20,000 nt of DNA from Chiloscyllium plagiosum (GCF_004010195.1 NC_057718.1:6477457-6497456); one strand, 5' to 3'. Shown: positions 1 to 10,124, counted from the stretch's first letter. Notes: generated by a model from the letters alone, not told the origin. Translations and numbers: made by a program.

Positions 1-1
1 C

Positions 2-1137
2 TGTTACAAAAAAGACCCTTTGCAGGCTTTGTTACAATCCTAGTTTTGACAAGTTCCAGACAGGATATTTCACGCCATTGAGCCTCTGAATGCAGAGGAA
101 CACACTGGATCTCACCTGGTTCTTTATTTACCCATTTCTTCGGTTCGTTGTAATCCAGTTAACTTAGAAAATACCCCTTCCTTTGTGCATACCTTTCTCC
201 CAGATGCCATGAACTCATGTTTTAAAAGGAACCAATTTAAACAGGCACCATGAATTAACAAAAGAAATGAATTTATTAATTACTAAGCGTCAGAAGCAAC
301 ATATATACATACAGATTCAAAATAAAAGCCGAGTCCAAAAAGACTAACGTGTACAAAATACATAGAGGATCAGTCACTAAATTGCTCTTGAAGAGTAGAT
401 AGTTGATAACTTTTTCTCAAGGGTTATGGCGAGAAGGCAGGATAGTGGGTTTGAGACGTAGTTCAGCCAAGATTGAATAGGGGAACAAACTCAATGGGCC
501 AAATGGTCTCATTCTAATTCTTTATCTTGTGTTTGTAACCATTGTAGTGAAGGTCACTGGTAGCACTGGCATTGATAGTTGAACAGTTGTCGTTGTTCTG
601 GACAGTTTTGGCTTTGTAGGGCGGTTGAAGTTTCTTAATCTTCTATATCCTTGGTATGCAACACTCCAATAGAGAGCATTCCTCCTTTACCTGCAACACA
701 GGGGTGTAATGACAAGGATAATTTTTCAACTATGACCAATACGGCATCCTAAAGTTTGAACTTAATATGTTACATCTGAGAGCGTTCAGCCCCACTAGTC
801 CATTCCTGCAGAGTTAAAACTGACTTTTTAGCCTCTATCCTTAAGATTTTGGAAGTTAAAACAGACATATCTACAAAAGATGGCTTTCTGGTTAAACAGA
901 ACCAAATGTCAGCCACTTGTTATTTCTTCTTGTCACGTCTCTCCATGCTTGAAATGTCATTGACAATTTAAGTGTAACATTTCATGGGGCTTCACTCAGG
1001 ATTCTGCCAGACAGTCACTGAATTTAAATCTGTAGTTTCTCCGTAGCAATCCTCTTTTTGAAATCAGCACATTTTGGAATTAAAAGTAAAAGGATGTCCA
1101 TAAGTACTTTACGATTCTAATCCAACATCATAAGACA
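2..1137. mobile_element. Possible degenerate solo LTR (Gypsy-like), interrupted by a CR1 tail
   Basis: Begins TGTTAC and ends near ...ATCATAAGACA; AT-rich with no ORF. General resemblance to LTR termini only; no PBS, PPT or TSD could be verified. Confidence 0.25.
417..533 (+). mobile_element. CR1-clade LINE 3' UTR fragment
   Basis: GGGTTATGGCGAGAAGGCAGGA...TCAGCCAAGATTGAATAGGGGAACAAACTCAATGGGCCAAATGGTCT matches the 3' UTR pattern of other CR1 tails in the window (e.g. 15050-15118). Confidence 0.75.
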
Positions 1138-2148
1138 AGCTGAATGAACATCTTAAATTACAGACTAAACACTTACAAACTTTAGTGTGCTTTAGGAGAA
1201 GCTGCCCATCATGGGTCTGACATGCTGTCCATTTATTGTAGCCTCATGTTGTCTGATATGTTTGAGGTGCAGTATTCCTTACCGTACATTACCTGATTCC
1301 ATATCGGTATCTTATCAGATTCCATATTGTATCTAGTATTCAAGTCATCATCATTGCAATACTCCCTTATTAGTCCAAAAACATGCCAATGATTTTCTGG
1401 CATTTCACAAATGAACACTTACAAACACATTGTAATAAGCTTTGCAAACAAAGTTAATAAAAATTTCATTTTGCAAACACATTGAGTTAATTTAATCCCT
1501 TTAATTATGACAAGCTTGCAAGAGAAACACTTGGCATACACCAGAATCACAACATAAAATCTTCGTTTTGCTTTGATGGTCTTTTACTTGTACCTTTTGT
1601 CTCAGGAACTCCGGTCAGCTCAGCAGGATTAAGACATTTCATTGCCCCCTTTGGAACCCCCTTTTGATTCTTTCTTCCCCTATAACTCTGTCACAGCTCC
1701 GACATCTGGTTCATGTGCTGCTCTGTCTTTGACATTATGATATCATTTTCTACATGAAGAATTTCTGTCCCACTTCTGGTGATTGCTTGGGAATCTGTTT
1801 CCCTTCTTGGTGATGACAGTGCACAACATTGAGTGTCTTTCCTAAGATGGCTCTGCCATCTCATCTCCTGGCACCACACCAGACTATCTAGCTTCATTCC
1901 TGAGGTTTACATGAAACATTGCAGCAACCAGTTTCTCATCATCTTGATCTCAGGCCTCCTGGTCATCACTAATGTCCTTCAGCTCTAGTATTCTGGTGTA
2001 CTTTCCATATTCAAAAACAATTCAGTAAGGCTCAATCCCATTATAGTTTGTGGAGTTACTCTAAACAGGGTGTCTTATGATTGCAACATTTGCTTTAAAT
2101 CATTGGTCTCAGTTTGAACTTCCAAAACTCATCTGTTTCTCATTATTG

Positions 2149-2797
2149 TTTTATTCATGCATGGGATGAGGGGGTCACTGGCTAGGCCAGCATTTATTGC
2201 TAGTGCTAGTTGACCAGAGGGTAGCTAAAAGCCAAACACGTCGCTGTGGGCTTGGAGTCACATGTAGGCCAGACCAGGTAAGGATAGCAGATTTCCTTCC
2301 CTGAAGAGCATTGATGATCCAGGTGGGTTTTTACAACAATCGATAATGGTTACATGGTCATCATTAGACTGGCTCTTCATTCAAGAGTTTTACTGAATTC
2401 AAAATTAGTGGGCGGCACAGTGGCACAGTGGTTAGCACTGCTGCCTCACAGCGCCAGAGACCCGGGTTCAATTCCCCCCTCAGGCGACTGACTGTGTGGA
2501 GTTTGCACATTCTCCCCATGTCTGCGTGGGTTTCCTCCGGGTGCTCCGGTCTCCTCCCAAAGTCCAAAAATGTGCAGGTTAGGTGCATTGGCCACGCTAA
2601 ATTGCCCGTAGTGTTAGATGCAGGGGTAAATGTATGGGTGGGTGCGCTTCAGCGGGTCGGTGGACTTGTTGGGCCGAAGGGCCTGTTTCCACACTGTGGG
2701 TAATCTAATCTAATCTAAAAAACTGCACCACCTGTCAATGGCTCCGAGTTCTGGCTTGCTAGTCCAGAGATATTATCACTACGTAACTGCATTCTCC
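2149..2797 (-). mobile_element. tRNA-derived SINE with LINE-derived 3' tail, split by an HE1 insertion (pieces 2149-2406 and 2723-2797)
   Basis: Alignable to a second copy at 11926-12779 (GCATTTATTGC...GCTGTGGG..TGGAGTCACA.GTAGGCCAGACCAGGTAAGGAT). Its tail matches the LINE 3' ends at 6735-6935 and 16690-16925. Confidence 0.8.
2410..2722 (+). mobile_element. HE1-type V-SINE, full length, young
   Basis: tRNA-like head with A box (TGGCACAGTGG) and B box (GGTTCAATTCC), V-domain GTGTGGAGTTTGCACATTCTCCCC...GGGTTTCCTCCGGGTGCTCCGGT, CR1-type 3' end GGGCCGAAGGGCCTGTTTCC and (TAATC)3 tail. Confidence 0.92.
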
Positions 2798-3128
2798 ATC
2801 CCCATTTGCCTGTGGCCATCTTTCTTACTGTGTGCTGTCAACTATCATGCCTTGTATGTGATCAAAAAGGACCTGGGTGACATGAAGTGGGTCCATTGTC
2901 TGAATACAAAGTGACAGTTGACTGTGATTTGCAAATGTTTGAGTCAATGTGAACACTGTTCCTTAACCACAGTAACTTTCATTACCACATCCTCATAGTG
3001 ATGGCTATAGTGGTCAGTGACCATGATTGTGGACTGACCTGACAGTCTAAGAAGGCAACTCTTGCATCCCCCTTTGACCTTGGCGATGACAGTGGAAAGA
3101 ATCTATAGACAAGTTGACATCTGTGATG

Positions 3129-3557
3129 TAGAACATAGAACGTAGAAGGTAGAACATTACAGCGCAGTACAGGCCCTTTGGCCCTCAATGTTATGCCGAC
3201 CTCTGGAACCAATCTGAAGCCCATCTATCCTACACTATTCCATTTTCATCCCTATGTTTATCCAATGACCTTAAAGTTGGTGAGTCTACTACTGTTACAG
3301 GCCAATGACCTTAAAGTTGGTGAGTCTACTACTGTTACAGGCAGTGTGTTCCACATCCCTACTACTCGGAGTAAAGAAACTACCTCTGACATCTGTCCTA
3401 TATCTATCACCCCTCAATTTAAAGCTATGTTCCCTCATGCTAGCCATCATCATCCAAGGAAAAAGGTTCTCCCTGTCCACCCTATCTAACCCTCTGATTA
3501 TCTTATATGTCTCAATTAAGTCACTTCTCAACCTTCTTATCTCTAACAAAAACAGCT
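3129..3557 (-). mobile_element. CR1 LINE 3' end (ORF2 C-terminus + 3' UTR), 5'-truncated
   Basis: ORF 3295-3549 gives RRLRSDLIETYKIIRGLDRVD...FKLRGDRYRTDVRGSFF, typical of the CR1 ORF2 C-terminus; (TTCTAYG)-like repeat tail at 3129-3155. Confidence 0.9.
3262..3341. repeat. Exact 40-bp tandem duplication
   Basis: CCAATGACCTTAAAGTTGGTGAGTCTACTACTGTTACAGG at 3262-3301 and 3302-3341. Confidence 0.97.
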
Positions 3558-3585
3558 CAAGTCTGTGTTTGACAACCTAAGATAG

Positions 3586-3783
3586 GATAAAACTGAAAGA
3601 ACTGCAGGTGCTGTAAATCAGAAACAAAGTTAGAAATTGCTGGAAAAGCTCTGCAGGTCTGGCAACATCGGTGAAGAGAAAGCAGAGTTAAGTGACCCTT
3701 TCTCTGAACTCTGTCTTCTCTACATGGATGCTGCCAGACCTGCTGAGCTTTACCAGCAAGTTCTGCTTTTGTTTGTCTCTGAT
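3586..3783. mobile_element. Fold-back element, Penelope pLTR-like family C, centre largely deleted
   Basis: ATCAGAAACAAA...TTGCTGGAAAAGCTCTGCAGGTCTGGCAACATC...CAGAGTT is the imperfect reverse complement of AACTCTG...GATGCTGCCAGACCTGCTGAGCTTTACCAGCAA...TCTGAT; homologous to 7481-7680. Confidence 0.8.
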
Positions 3784-4243
3784 ACATTCTCACACATTAG
3801 GTTATTTAATAAGACAAAGGCCCCCGCTGTTGGAGGTAGAATATTGACTGGATAGAGCATGGCTAACACGTAGAAAACAGAGGATAGGCCATTCTCAGGA
3901 TGGCAACCTGTAATCAGTGGAATGCCAAAGGGATCAGTGCTGGTAATACAATTATTTACAACATGTATTAGTGTCTTGAATGAGGAGAGTGAGTGTATTC
4001 TTGCCAAGTTTGAGGATGACACAAAACAGGTCAGAAGGCAGGAAGTGATGATAACACAAAGAGGAACATAGATCAGTTAAAGCAAATTGAGCAAAAGCTT
4101 GGCAGGTGGAATATAACATTTGAAAATGAGAAATTGTGCACTTTTTAGGAAGAATAGAGGAGTTGAATATTTCAATGGAGATAAACTGCAAAAAGCTGCG
4201 ACACAGGGATTTGGGAGTGCTTCTGCATAAAACACACAAAGCT
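3784..4243 (+). mobile_element. Degenerate CR1 reverse-transcriptase fragment
   Basis: Frameshifted remnants of SGMPKGSVL, LAKFEDDTK (FADDTK motif), WQVEYN, IVHF and RDLGVLLH; parallels the intact copy at 10218-10863. Confidence 0.85.
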
Positions 4244-4559
4244 TCCTCCTCTAATGATGATTCTGCTTGTTCAATTCTCATTCTGGACAGTCTTTCAGTG
4301 ATGTTCAATATGGACCACAAATATGTACACTTGTCACAAAAACCATCCTTCTGTTTTGACACTTGCTTTGGATCTTGAAGAGTAAGTAATTGTAATCCGT
4401 CACCAATTCAAACTCCATGCTGAGAGAGTATTCAGGGAATTTTTCATATGCCAAACCAATCCTCGACCTTTTCAGTTAGCTGAGCGTATCTTCTCTCCAC
4501 GTCTGTCGGAGATCTGCTTGCATAGGCAGTCATTTGTGAATCCACAGCGGGTATTTCGG

Positions 4560-4714
4560 ACATAGGAGAGTACAGCAGAGGATCAGGCCTTTTGACCCAC
4601 TGTACTGACCGTTCTAAACTAATCCCATCTGCCTACACATGGTCCAAAACCCTCCATTCCCTGGCTGTCTTGCATCTGTCTAAAAGCCCTTTAAACATTG
4701 CTATTGTCTCTGCT
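4560..4714 (-). mobile_element. CR1 3' end fragment
   Basis: CTAAACTAATCCCATCTGCCT...GGTCCA..CCCTCCATTCC matches 18530-18580. Confidence 0.75.
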
Positions 4715-5112
4715 GACAGTGTCTGATGTTACTGTATGTGTATTGCCACAACCACAATGGGACATGTCTCTGGTTTTGGTATTTCACTGTGTCCGGGGTA
4801 TCTTGGCGAAGCAAGTCAATCTTTGCTTTAATTTTCCCTGTCAGACCAGATGTTCTGTACACAGGTTGAGCTGCAGATCTCATCTGGAGCTGGTGCAAAT
4901 TCTGAATTTGGTTGAAACACTGGTTGAGACTGCTCTCTGAGCTTCACACAGGAATTCATCAGGTTATAGCACCCTCTTACTTGTGGAGTTCCCTCGCTCA
5001 GAGAGAGTCACTATCCAGTTCAAACACCATGAATTCTGACTCGACAATCTCAATCCCAGCATTCAGGTCCACGATGAAACATTTAATCATTTGAACTGGG
5101 GTTTTAAATGTA

Positions 5113-5383
5113 TCATAGATCCCTACAGTTTGGAAGCACACCATTTGGCCCATTGAGTTCACACCGACCCTCCAAAGAGCGTCTCATCCAGACCCACTCG
5201 ATCCCTATAACTCTACCTATTCTATTCAATCCACCATAACCTGTGCATCTCTGGAGGAAACCAGAGCACCCAAAGGAACACACGCAGACATGGGGAGAAT
5301 GTGCAAGCTCCACGCAGATAATCACCCGAGGGTAGGATTGAACCAGGGTCCCTGATTCAGTGAGGCAGCAGTGCTAACCACTG
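5113..5383 (-). mobile_element. HE1-type V-SINE, older copy with internal deletions
   Basis: GGAGGAAACCAGAGCACC...CAGACATGGGGAGAATGTGCAAGCTCCAC...GTGAGGCAGCAGTGCTAACCACTG is the reverse complement of 2410-2560. Confidence 0.88.
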
Positions 5384-6583
5384 ATAGAGCACTGATAAAG
5401 ACCTATAGAACTTTCTGAATCATTTTTACTATATGCATTCATTTGTCTTTATCTGTTGTGTGTGGGCACCATTGAGTCCAAAGTTATTGCTGCATTAGGA
5501 CCTTGGAGCAACATCACAATGATATCATAGAGTTGCACATCACTGTCTATAAATACCACAGTGAGGATGGAGTTAGAGCATGGAATATTCTGGACATTGA
5601 CTGCACACTATCGAAGTCTACATCAGACGCACCACACCATAAATGTGAACACAAAATGAGGTGGATTAGTCCTTACCTGATATAATGATTTAAAGTTGGA
5701 TGACCATGACTAACATTCCCTCAGAGATTATAAGGAAAAGATTAGTCCCACGTCTGACTCCAACAAGCTGTTTCTTTCGTCTCATCAATCCATGTGATAT
5801 TATCACAGTGGCTGGGCTGGGGCAGGCGTTTGGGAAGGAGTTTTGAATGCTTATTGCACTCAATCAAGTCTTAACTCTTTCAGAACTATACACACCTGAT
5901 ACTCTTTATTAATGTGGAAGGTTCTTCATTGGAAGGTGGGGAATGTGGACACTCTGCCTGTCTCTTAATCACCTCAGGCCCCACTAGTGAATTTGCACTA
6001 AGAGGAGATAATTGCTCACTGTCCTGAGTGGAAATCTGATTCAGCATGGTTTCAACTTCCTCTGTCTATCGCTCGATGTCCTCATGAGTGCTCGAGACAA
6101 TCCAATTACTGCCTGTCTGCTTACAATTCCTCTCAGAGATTGCTGACTGGGAATCTGAACCCTCTTCACTTTTAATAACAATGGAAGACATTTCAACCAA
6201 ATCACTATTGTCACATCTTCCTATCACTGTCACACCCGTGTATAATAAATTATTATCAATTTTGGAATTTCGATTTTACATAAAAAAGAAATGCAGATTG
6301 ATTTTGGTTCGCTCTTTGAGGTAGATTGTTTAAAAGAATATATATTGTTTAGACAATAACTTAAATACATCATTTCTAGGAAGGGAAATGACTTCAGTCA
6401 ACTGCATAGAGGGCCCTCTGGTGAAAATGGATAAACTGTTTATACTCTTGAATTTGTGATAAATAATATAAATGAGATGAGGCAATCAGTTTAGCTTTGA
6501 CTGCATAACAGAAGTTTCAAACTCACCATTCAGAGGAATGTGACATTTGTTCAGAAGATAGGACCAAAAGCAATGGCAGTAGA

Positions 6584-6705
6584 CATGATGTGGAGATGCT
6601 GATGTCGGATTGGGAAGGTCAGAAGTCACACAACACCAGGACATAGCCTAACAGGTCTATTTAAAATTATAGGCTTTTGGAACACAGTTCCTTTGACAGG
6701 TGAAG
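6584..6705 (-). mobile_element. Single decayed arm of pLTR-like family B
   Basis: CATGATGTGGAGATG...AGAAGTCACACAACACCAGG...CCTTTGACAGGTGA aligns to 9473-9600; hammerhead core decayed. Confidence 0.75.
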
Positions 6706-6734
6706 GGTGGCAAATACACGGGATACCCTGCATG

Positions 6735-6935
6735 CTATCCTGATTGAAAGTATCTTGCCATTCCCTCATTGTCATTGGCCCAAAGTTCTGGAGCACATGG
6801 TCTTAACAATTCTATGGCAGCGCCTTAACAACTTGGACATCTTGTAGTTCAAGATGACACTCACTGCCATCTCTTAAAGGACAATTAGTGCGATGAATGC
6901 TGGTCTTGAGCAGCACTCTCATCTCATGAATGAAT
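6735..6935 (+). mobile_element. L2/CR1-clade LINE 3' end (partner of the tRNA-SINE tail)
   Basis: Reverse-complement homologue of 16690-16925; ends ...ATCTCATGAATGAAT. Confidence 0.7.
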
Positions 6936-7032
6936 TGTTTTCCAATCCATGTCGTCCCAAGACACAATTATAGTGGAGCCTTTGGCCAACCAATCTCTAT
7001 CAGTGAGTCCACAATAGATCCAGGTATGAGGT

Positions 7033-7730
7033 GACAACACAAAGTTAGGTTGGAGGGTCAACAGTGAGAAGGATGCAAAGATACATCAGTGTGAATTGTT
7101 TTAGAGAACAAACACATGGAAGATGAAATGCAATGTGGGTAAATGGGAAGTTATCCATTTTAGCAGCAAAAACAGGCAGATGTATTGCTATCTGAATGAC
7201 AATAGATTGGGCAAGGGATGGACGGTACAATGAGATTTGGGTGTCCTTGTATGCCAGTCACTGAAGGTAAGCACTGCAGGTACAGCAGGCAGTGAAGAAG
7301 GTCAGTGTTGTTTTGGCCTTCATAGCGAGAGAGTTCGAGTACAGGAGCAGGGATGTCTTGCTGTAATTGTACAGGGTCTTGGTGAGACCGCACTTGGAAC
7401 ATTGTATGCAGTTCAGAAGAATGAGGGGTTTGCCATAGAAACCAATACAATTCTAACAGAAAAAGACTGGGTAATGCAAGAAGAAACAAAAACAGAAATT
7501 ACTGGAAAGTCCCAGCAGGTCTGGCAGCATCTATGGAGAGAAATCAGAGTTAAATTCTTGGGCCCAGTGCCCCTTCCTCAGAATGGAGCCTTCAGTTCTG
7601 AAATGATTACTGGACCGGAAACGTTAACTCTGATTTCTCTGCACCAAGGCTGCCAGACTTGCTGAGCTTTTCCAGCAAATGTCAAAGGGCTGAATGGCCT
7701 ACCCCTATTCCTACTTTCCATGATTCTATG
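7033..7730 (+). mobile_element. Degenerate CR1 ORF2 fragment (7033-7483) and 3' tail (7681-7730), separated by a fold-back element
   Basis: Remnants of WKMKCNVGKWEVIHF, DLGVLVCQSLKV, LYRVLVRPHLEHCMQF then RRMRG (internal deletion); tail AAGGGCTGAATGGCCTACCCCTATTCCT...ATGATTCTATG. Confidence 0.85.
7481..7680. mobile_element. Fold-back element, pLTR-like family C, with two decayed hammerhead motifs
   Basis: Arms ~7497-7553 and ~7624-7680 are imperfect inverted repeats. Minus-strand CTGAGGA-A-GGGGC-ACTG-GGCCC and plus-strand GTT-CTGA...GGACC-GGAAACGTT-AAC lie between them. Confidence 0.82.
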
Positions 7731-8230
7731 TGAAAAAACCTCTGAGTGCTGGAAAGCTGTGGGAAATATACATCCAAATTTACAGGCACCACCAACCTTG
7801 TGTCATGGCTCCATTGCTCACATCCTGAAACATTATTTTCACCTCTTAGTTTGCTTCCCCATCTGCCTCTCCTTTCCCAGTTCCACTCACTTTGAATCAA
7901 TGTTGTGTTTCAGCCAAATTCTCAGACACATAAGGGTGTCCTGCCAGAAAATAAATTACTGAACTATCCAATCCACTTTCCTGAACCACAGCCTTGGGCA
8001 TGGGGTGAGTAGTTCATCTCATTTCATTCCAAATCTACCGCACTGTGGCTGGAAAAATGTGAAAACGTGTTTCCAAAATTTCAAAGATAACAATAAGAGA
8101 TGCCACTGTTTTATTTACACATTGTTCCCCACGGTCCGATTTGGGGACAACCAGATCCTGACCGAACTCTCCAAATGATGGCAAGGATTTCTCTTACCGT
8201 ATTACATCGGTGACGGCGTGTCCAAATCTC

Positions 8231-8450
8231 GGAGGAAGTGGGTACTGCAGATGCTGGAGATTAGAGTCAAGATTAGAGTGGTGCTGTAAAAACACAGCAG
8301 GTCAGGCAGCATCTGAAGAGCAGGAAAATCGATGTTTTGGGCAAAAGCCCTTCATCAGGAATGAAAGGTTTTTGCCCGAAACATCAATTTTCCTGCTCTT
8401 CAGATGCTGCCTGACCTGCTGTGCTTTTCCAGTACCTCTCTAATCTTGAC
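8231..8450. mobile_element. Fold-back element, pLTR-like family A, with target-site duplication
   Basis: 90-bp arms 8266-8355 and 8361-8450 (8 mismatches, 5-nt spacer); flanked by GCGTGTCCAAATCTC (8216-8230) and ACATGCCCAAATCTC (8451-8465). Confidence 0.9.
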
Positions 8451-8465
8451 ACATGCCCAAATCTC

Positions 8466-9445
8466 ATCAATTCTAAGCATTGAAGAATGTCAGCCAGTCC
8501 ACACTATAACAAAGTCTCGTATATCAGCCCACACCACCACCTATATATGTTGGAGAGTCTCTGGAATATGTAAAGTACTTCCCATACCTTAGCAACCATC
8601 TTTATCACAAAGTCAACGGCAATGTCCAACTAGTCAACCACACCAGCTAGGCCTTGAATGTACTCCAGCAGTAACTGTTTGGCTTGACAATAAGGACTAC
8701 CATGAGTCAACAGCAGGCACAATACAAAGGGCAGTTATGGCCATCACACTCTTGTACAGCAGTGAGTACTAGATTATGTAGCAATGACACAGAAAGGTGC
8801 GAGAGAAACTCCATCGGAAATACCTCCACCACATTCTCCAGATTTTATGGGATGGCCATTGAACAAATATGGTCACCTTTCTTGAATGCCAGCATTCAGC
8901 CTAACTTCTCCAAAGTCAGCTTTGATAGACTGAAAAATGTGTCAGGAAAGGTCCCACACAAGATACAAAGGAATATTGATTATTACGCACTCAACTAACC
9001 AAATTTCAGTTAATCTGAACATGATCGTAAGGTCCAGATGCTTGGCTAAACTATGTTATCCGGCATTCAATTATCTGGCATTCGATTAAGCAAATGAAAT
9101 ACTCCCCACCCTTGTCTTTTTGGATAATCGAAGTTCCTCTGTACTGTTTTGCCAATGGCCAGCTGTCCAGAGACAGTCAAAGAAAACTCCTCAAAGATCC
9201 TCTGAAGCTCTCCTTGAGGCCCGGTTGAATGACATAAATGATGGGGAGGGGCTCGTGCGAGACTGGGGAGGGCGATGACCTGTCCAGCAAACTGTGTCAT
9301 GCTTTGAGTGACAATGTGGTAAAAATCAGATAGAGAAACAGCCAAGAAGGAAGGAAAACGATGTCAATGTGAATCCTGCTGCCTTATGGGACTTTTCACT
9401 CGATCGCTGCCAGTCAGGATTTGTTGAGTCACATGAGGGCCCCAG
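8466..9445 (+). mobile_element. Ancient RTE-clade LINE ORF2 3' half, heavily decayed
   Basis: Frame remnants ESLEYVKYFPYL, AVMAITLLYSSE, EKLHRKYLHHILQILW, NGQLSRDSQRKLLKDPLKLSL and LSHMRA occur in RTE ORF2 order, with many stops and frameshifts. Confidence 0.75.
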
Positions 9446-9472
9446 GCAGAAACATCTGACCTGAGTAGGTGG

Positions 9473-9691
9473 CATGATTTGGAGATGACGGTGTTGGACT
9501 GGGGTGTACAAAGTTAAAAATCACACAACACCAGGTTATAGTCCAACAGGTTTAATTGGAAGCACACTAGCTTTCGGAGCGTCGCTCCTTCATCAGGTGA
9601 CTGTCATCACTGAAGGAGCAGCAGTCCGAAAGCTAGTGTGCTTCCAATTAAACCTGTTGGACTATAACCTGGTGTTGTGTGATTTTTAACT
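9473..9691. mobile_element. Fold-back element, pLTR-like family B, with target-site duplication
   Basis: Perfect 67-bp inverted arms 9512-9578 and 9625-9691; flanked by CTGAGTAGGTGGCAT (9461-9475) and CTGAGTACTTGGCAT (9690-9704). Confidence 0.92.
9565..9599 (-). ncRNA. Minimal type-I hammerhead ribozyme motif (Penelope-type)
   Basis: Minus strand reads CAC CUGAUGA A GGAGC GAC GCUCC GAAA GCUA GUG: both core boxes, 5-bp helix II, palindromic AGCU at helix III, CUA triplet and 3-bp helix I. Confidence 0.8.
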
Positions 9692-9792
9692 GAGTACTTG
9701 GCATCCTTAAATCTTCGGAACAGTTTACAATGATATTGGGTCTATTTTACACCTTCCTGATATCACTCCTTTGCCTCTTTTCAAGCCACAAT

Positions 9793-10124
9793 ATCATAGA
9801 ATCTCAACAGTGTGGAAGTTGGTCATTCAGCCCATCAAGTCCACACCAACCCTCTTGAAGAGCATCCCACTCCCAGACTCATGCCCTATTCCTGTAACCC
9901 TGCAATTCCCGTGGCTAATCCATCTAGCCTGCGCATCTCTGAACATTGTGGGTAATTTAACATGGTCAATCCACCTAACCTGTGGGAGGAAACCGGAGCA
10001 CCCGGAGGAAACCCACACAGACACGGGGAGAATGTGCAAACTCCACACAGGTAGTCGCCTGAGCATGGGATCGAACCTAGGGCTCTAGCGCTCTGAGGCA
10101 CCAATGCTAACCACTGAGCCACTG
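9793..10124 (-). mobile_element. HE1-type V-SINE
   Basis: Reverse complement of head, V-domain (GGAGGAAACCGGAGCACCCGGAGGAAACCCAC...GGGGAGAATGTGCAAACTCCACAC) and CR1-like tail (ATTCTATGAT). Confidence 0.9.

Noticed and set aside
1293..1396. Possible 104-nt minus-strand exon (CAG|...CAG|GTAATG) encoding ENHWHVFGLIREYCNDDDL...
   Set aside because: Weak polypyrimidine tract, no recognisable protein similarity and no supported partner exons.
1544..1899. Minus-strand frame of ~118 codons with one internal TGA and splice-like ends
   Set aside because: In-frame stop and no recognisable domain; compatible with chance.
2410..2480. tRNA gene
   Set aside because: A and B boxes belong to a SINE head that continues into V-domain and LINE-derived tail.
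2364..2703. ORFs overlapping HE1 SINEs (also 5113-5325, 9771-10134) and fold-back elements (3557-3855, 8210-8592, 14444-14750)
   Set aside because: Incidental translations of non-coding repeats.
3262..3341. CRISPR-like direct repeats
   Set aside because: Only two adjacent units, no spacer, vertebrate context.
4720..5090. Faint minus-strand resemblance to a LINE endonuclease (VDLNAGI, IDLL)
   Set aside because: Too degenerate to support without a profile search.
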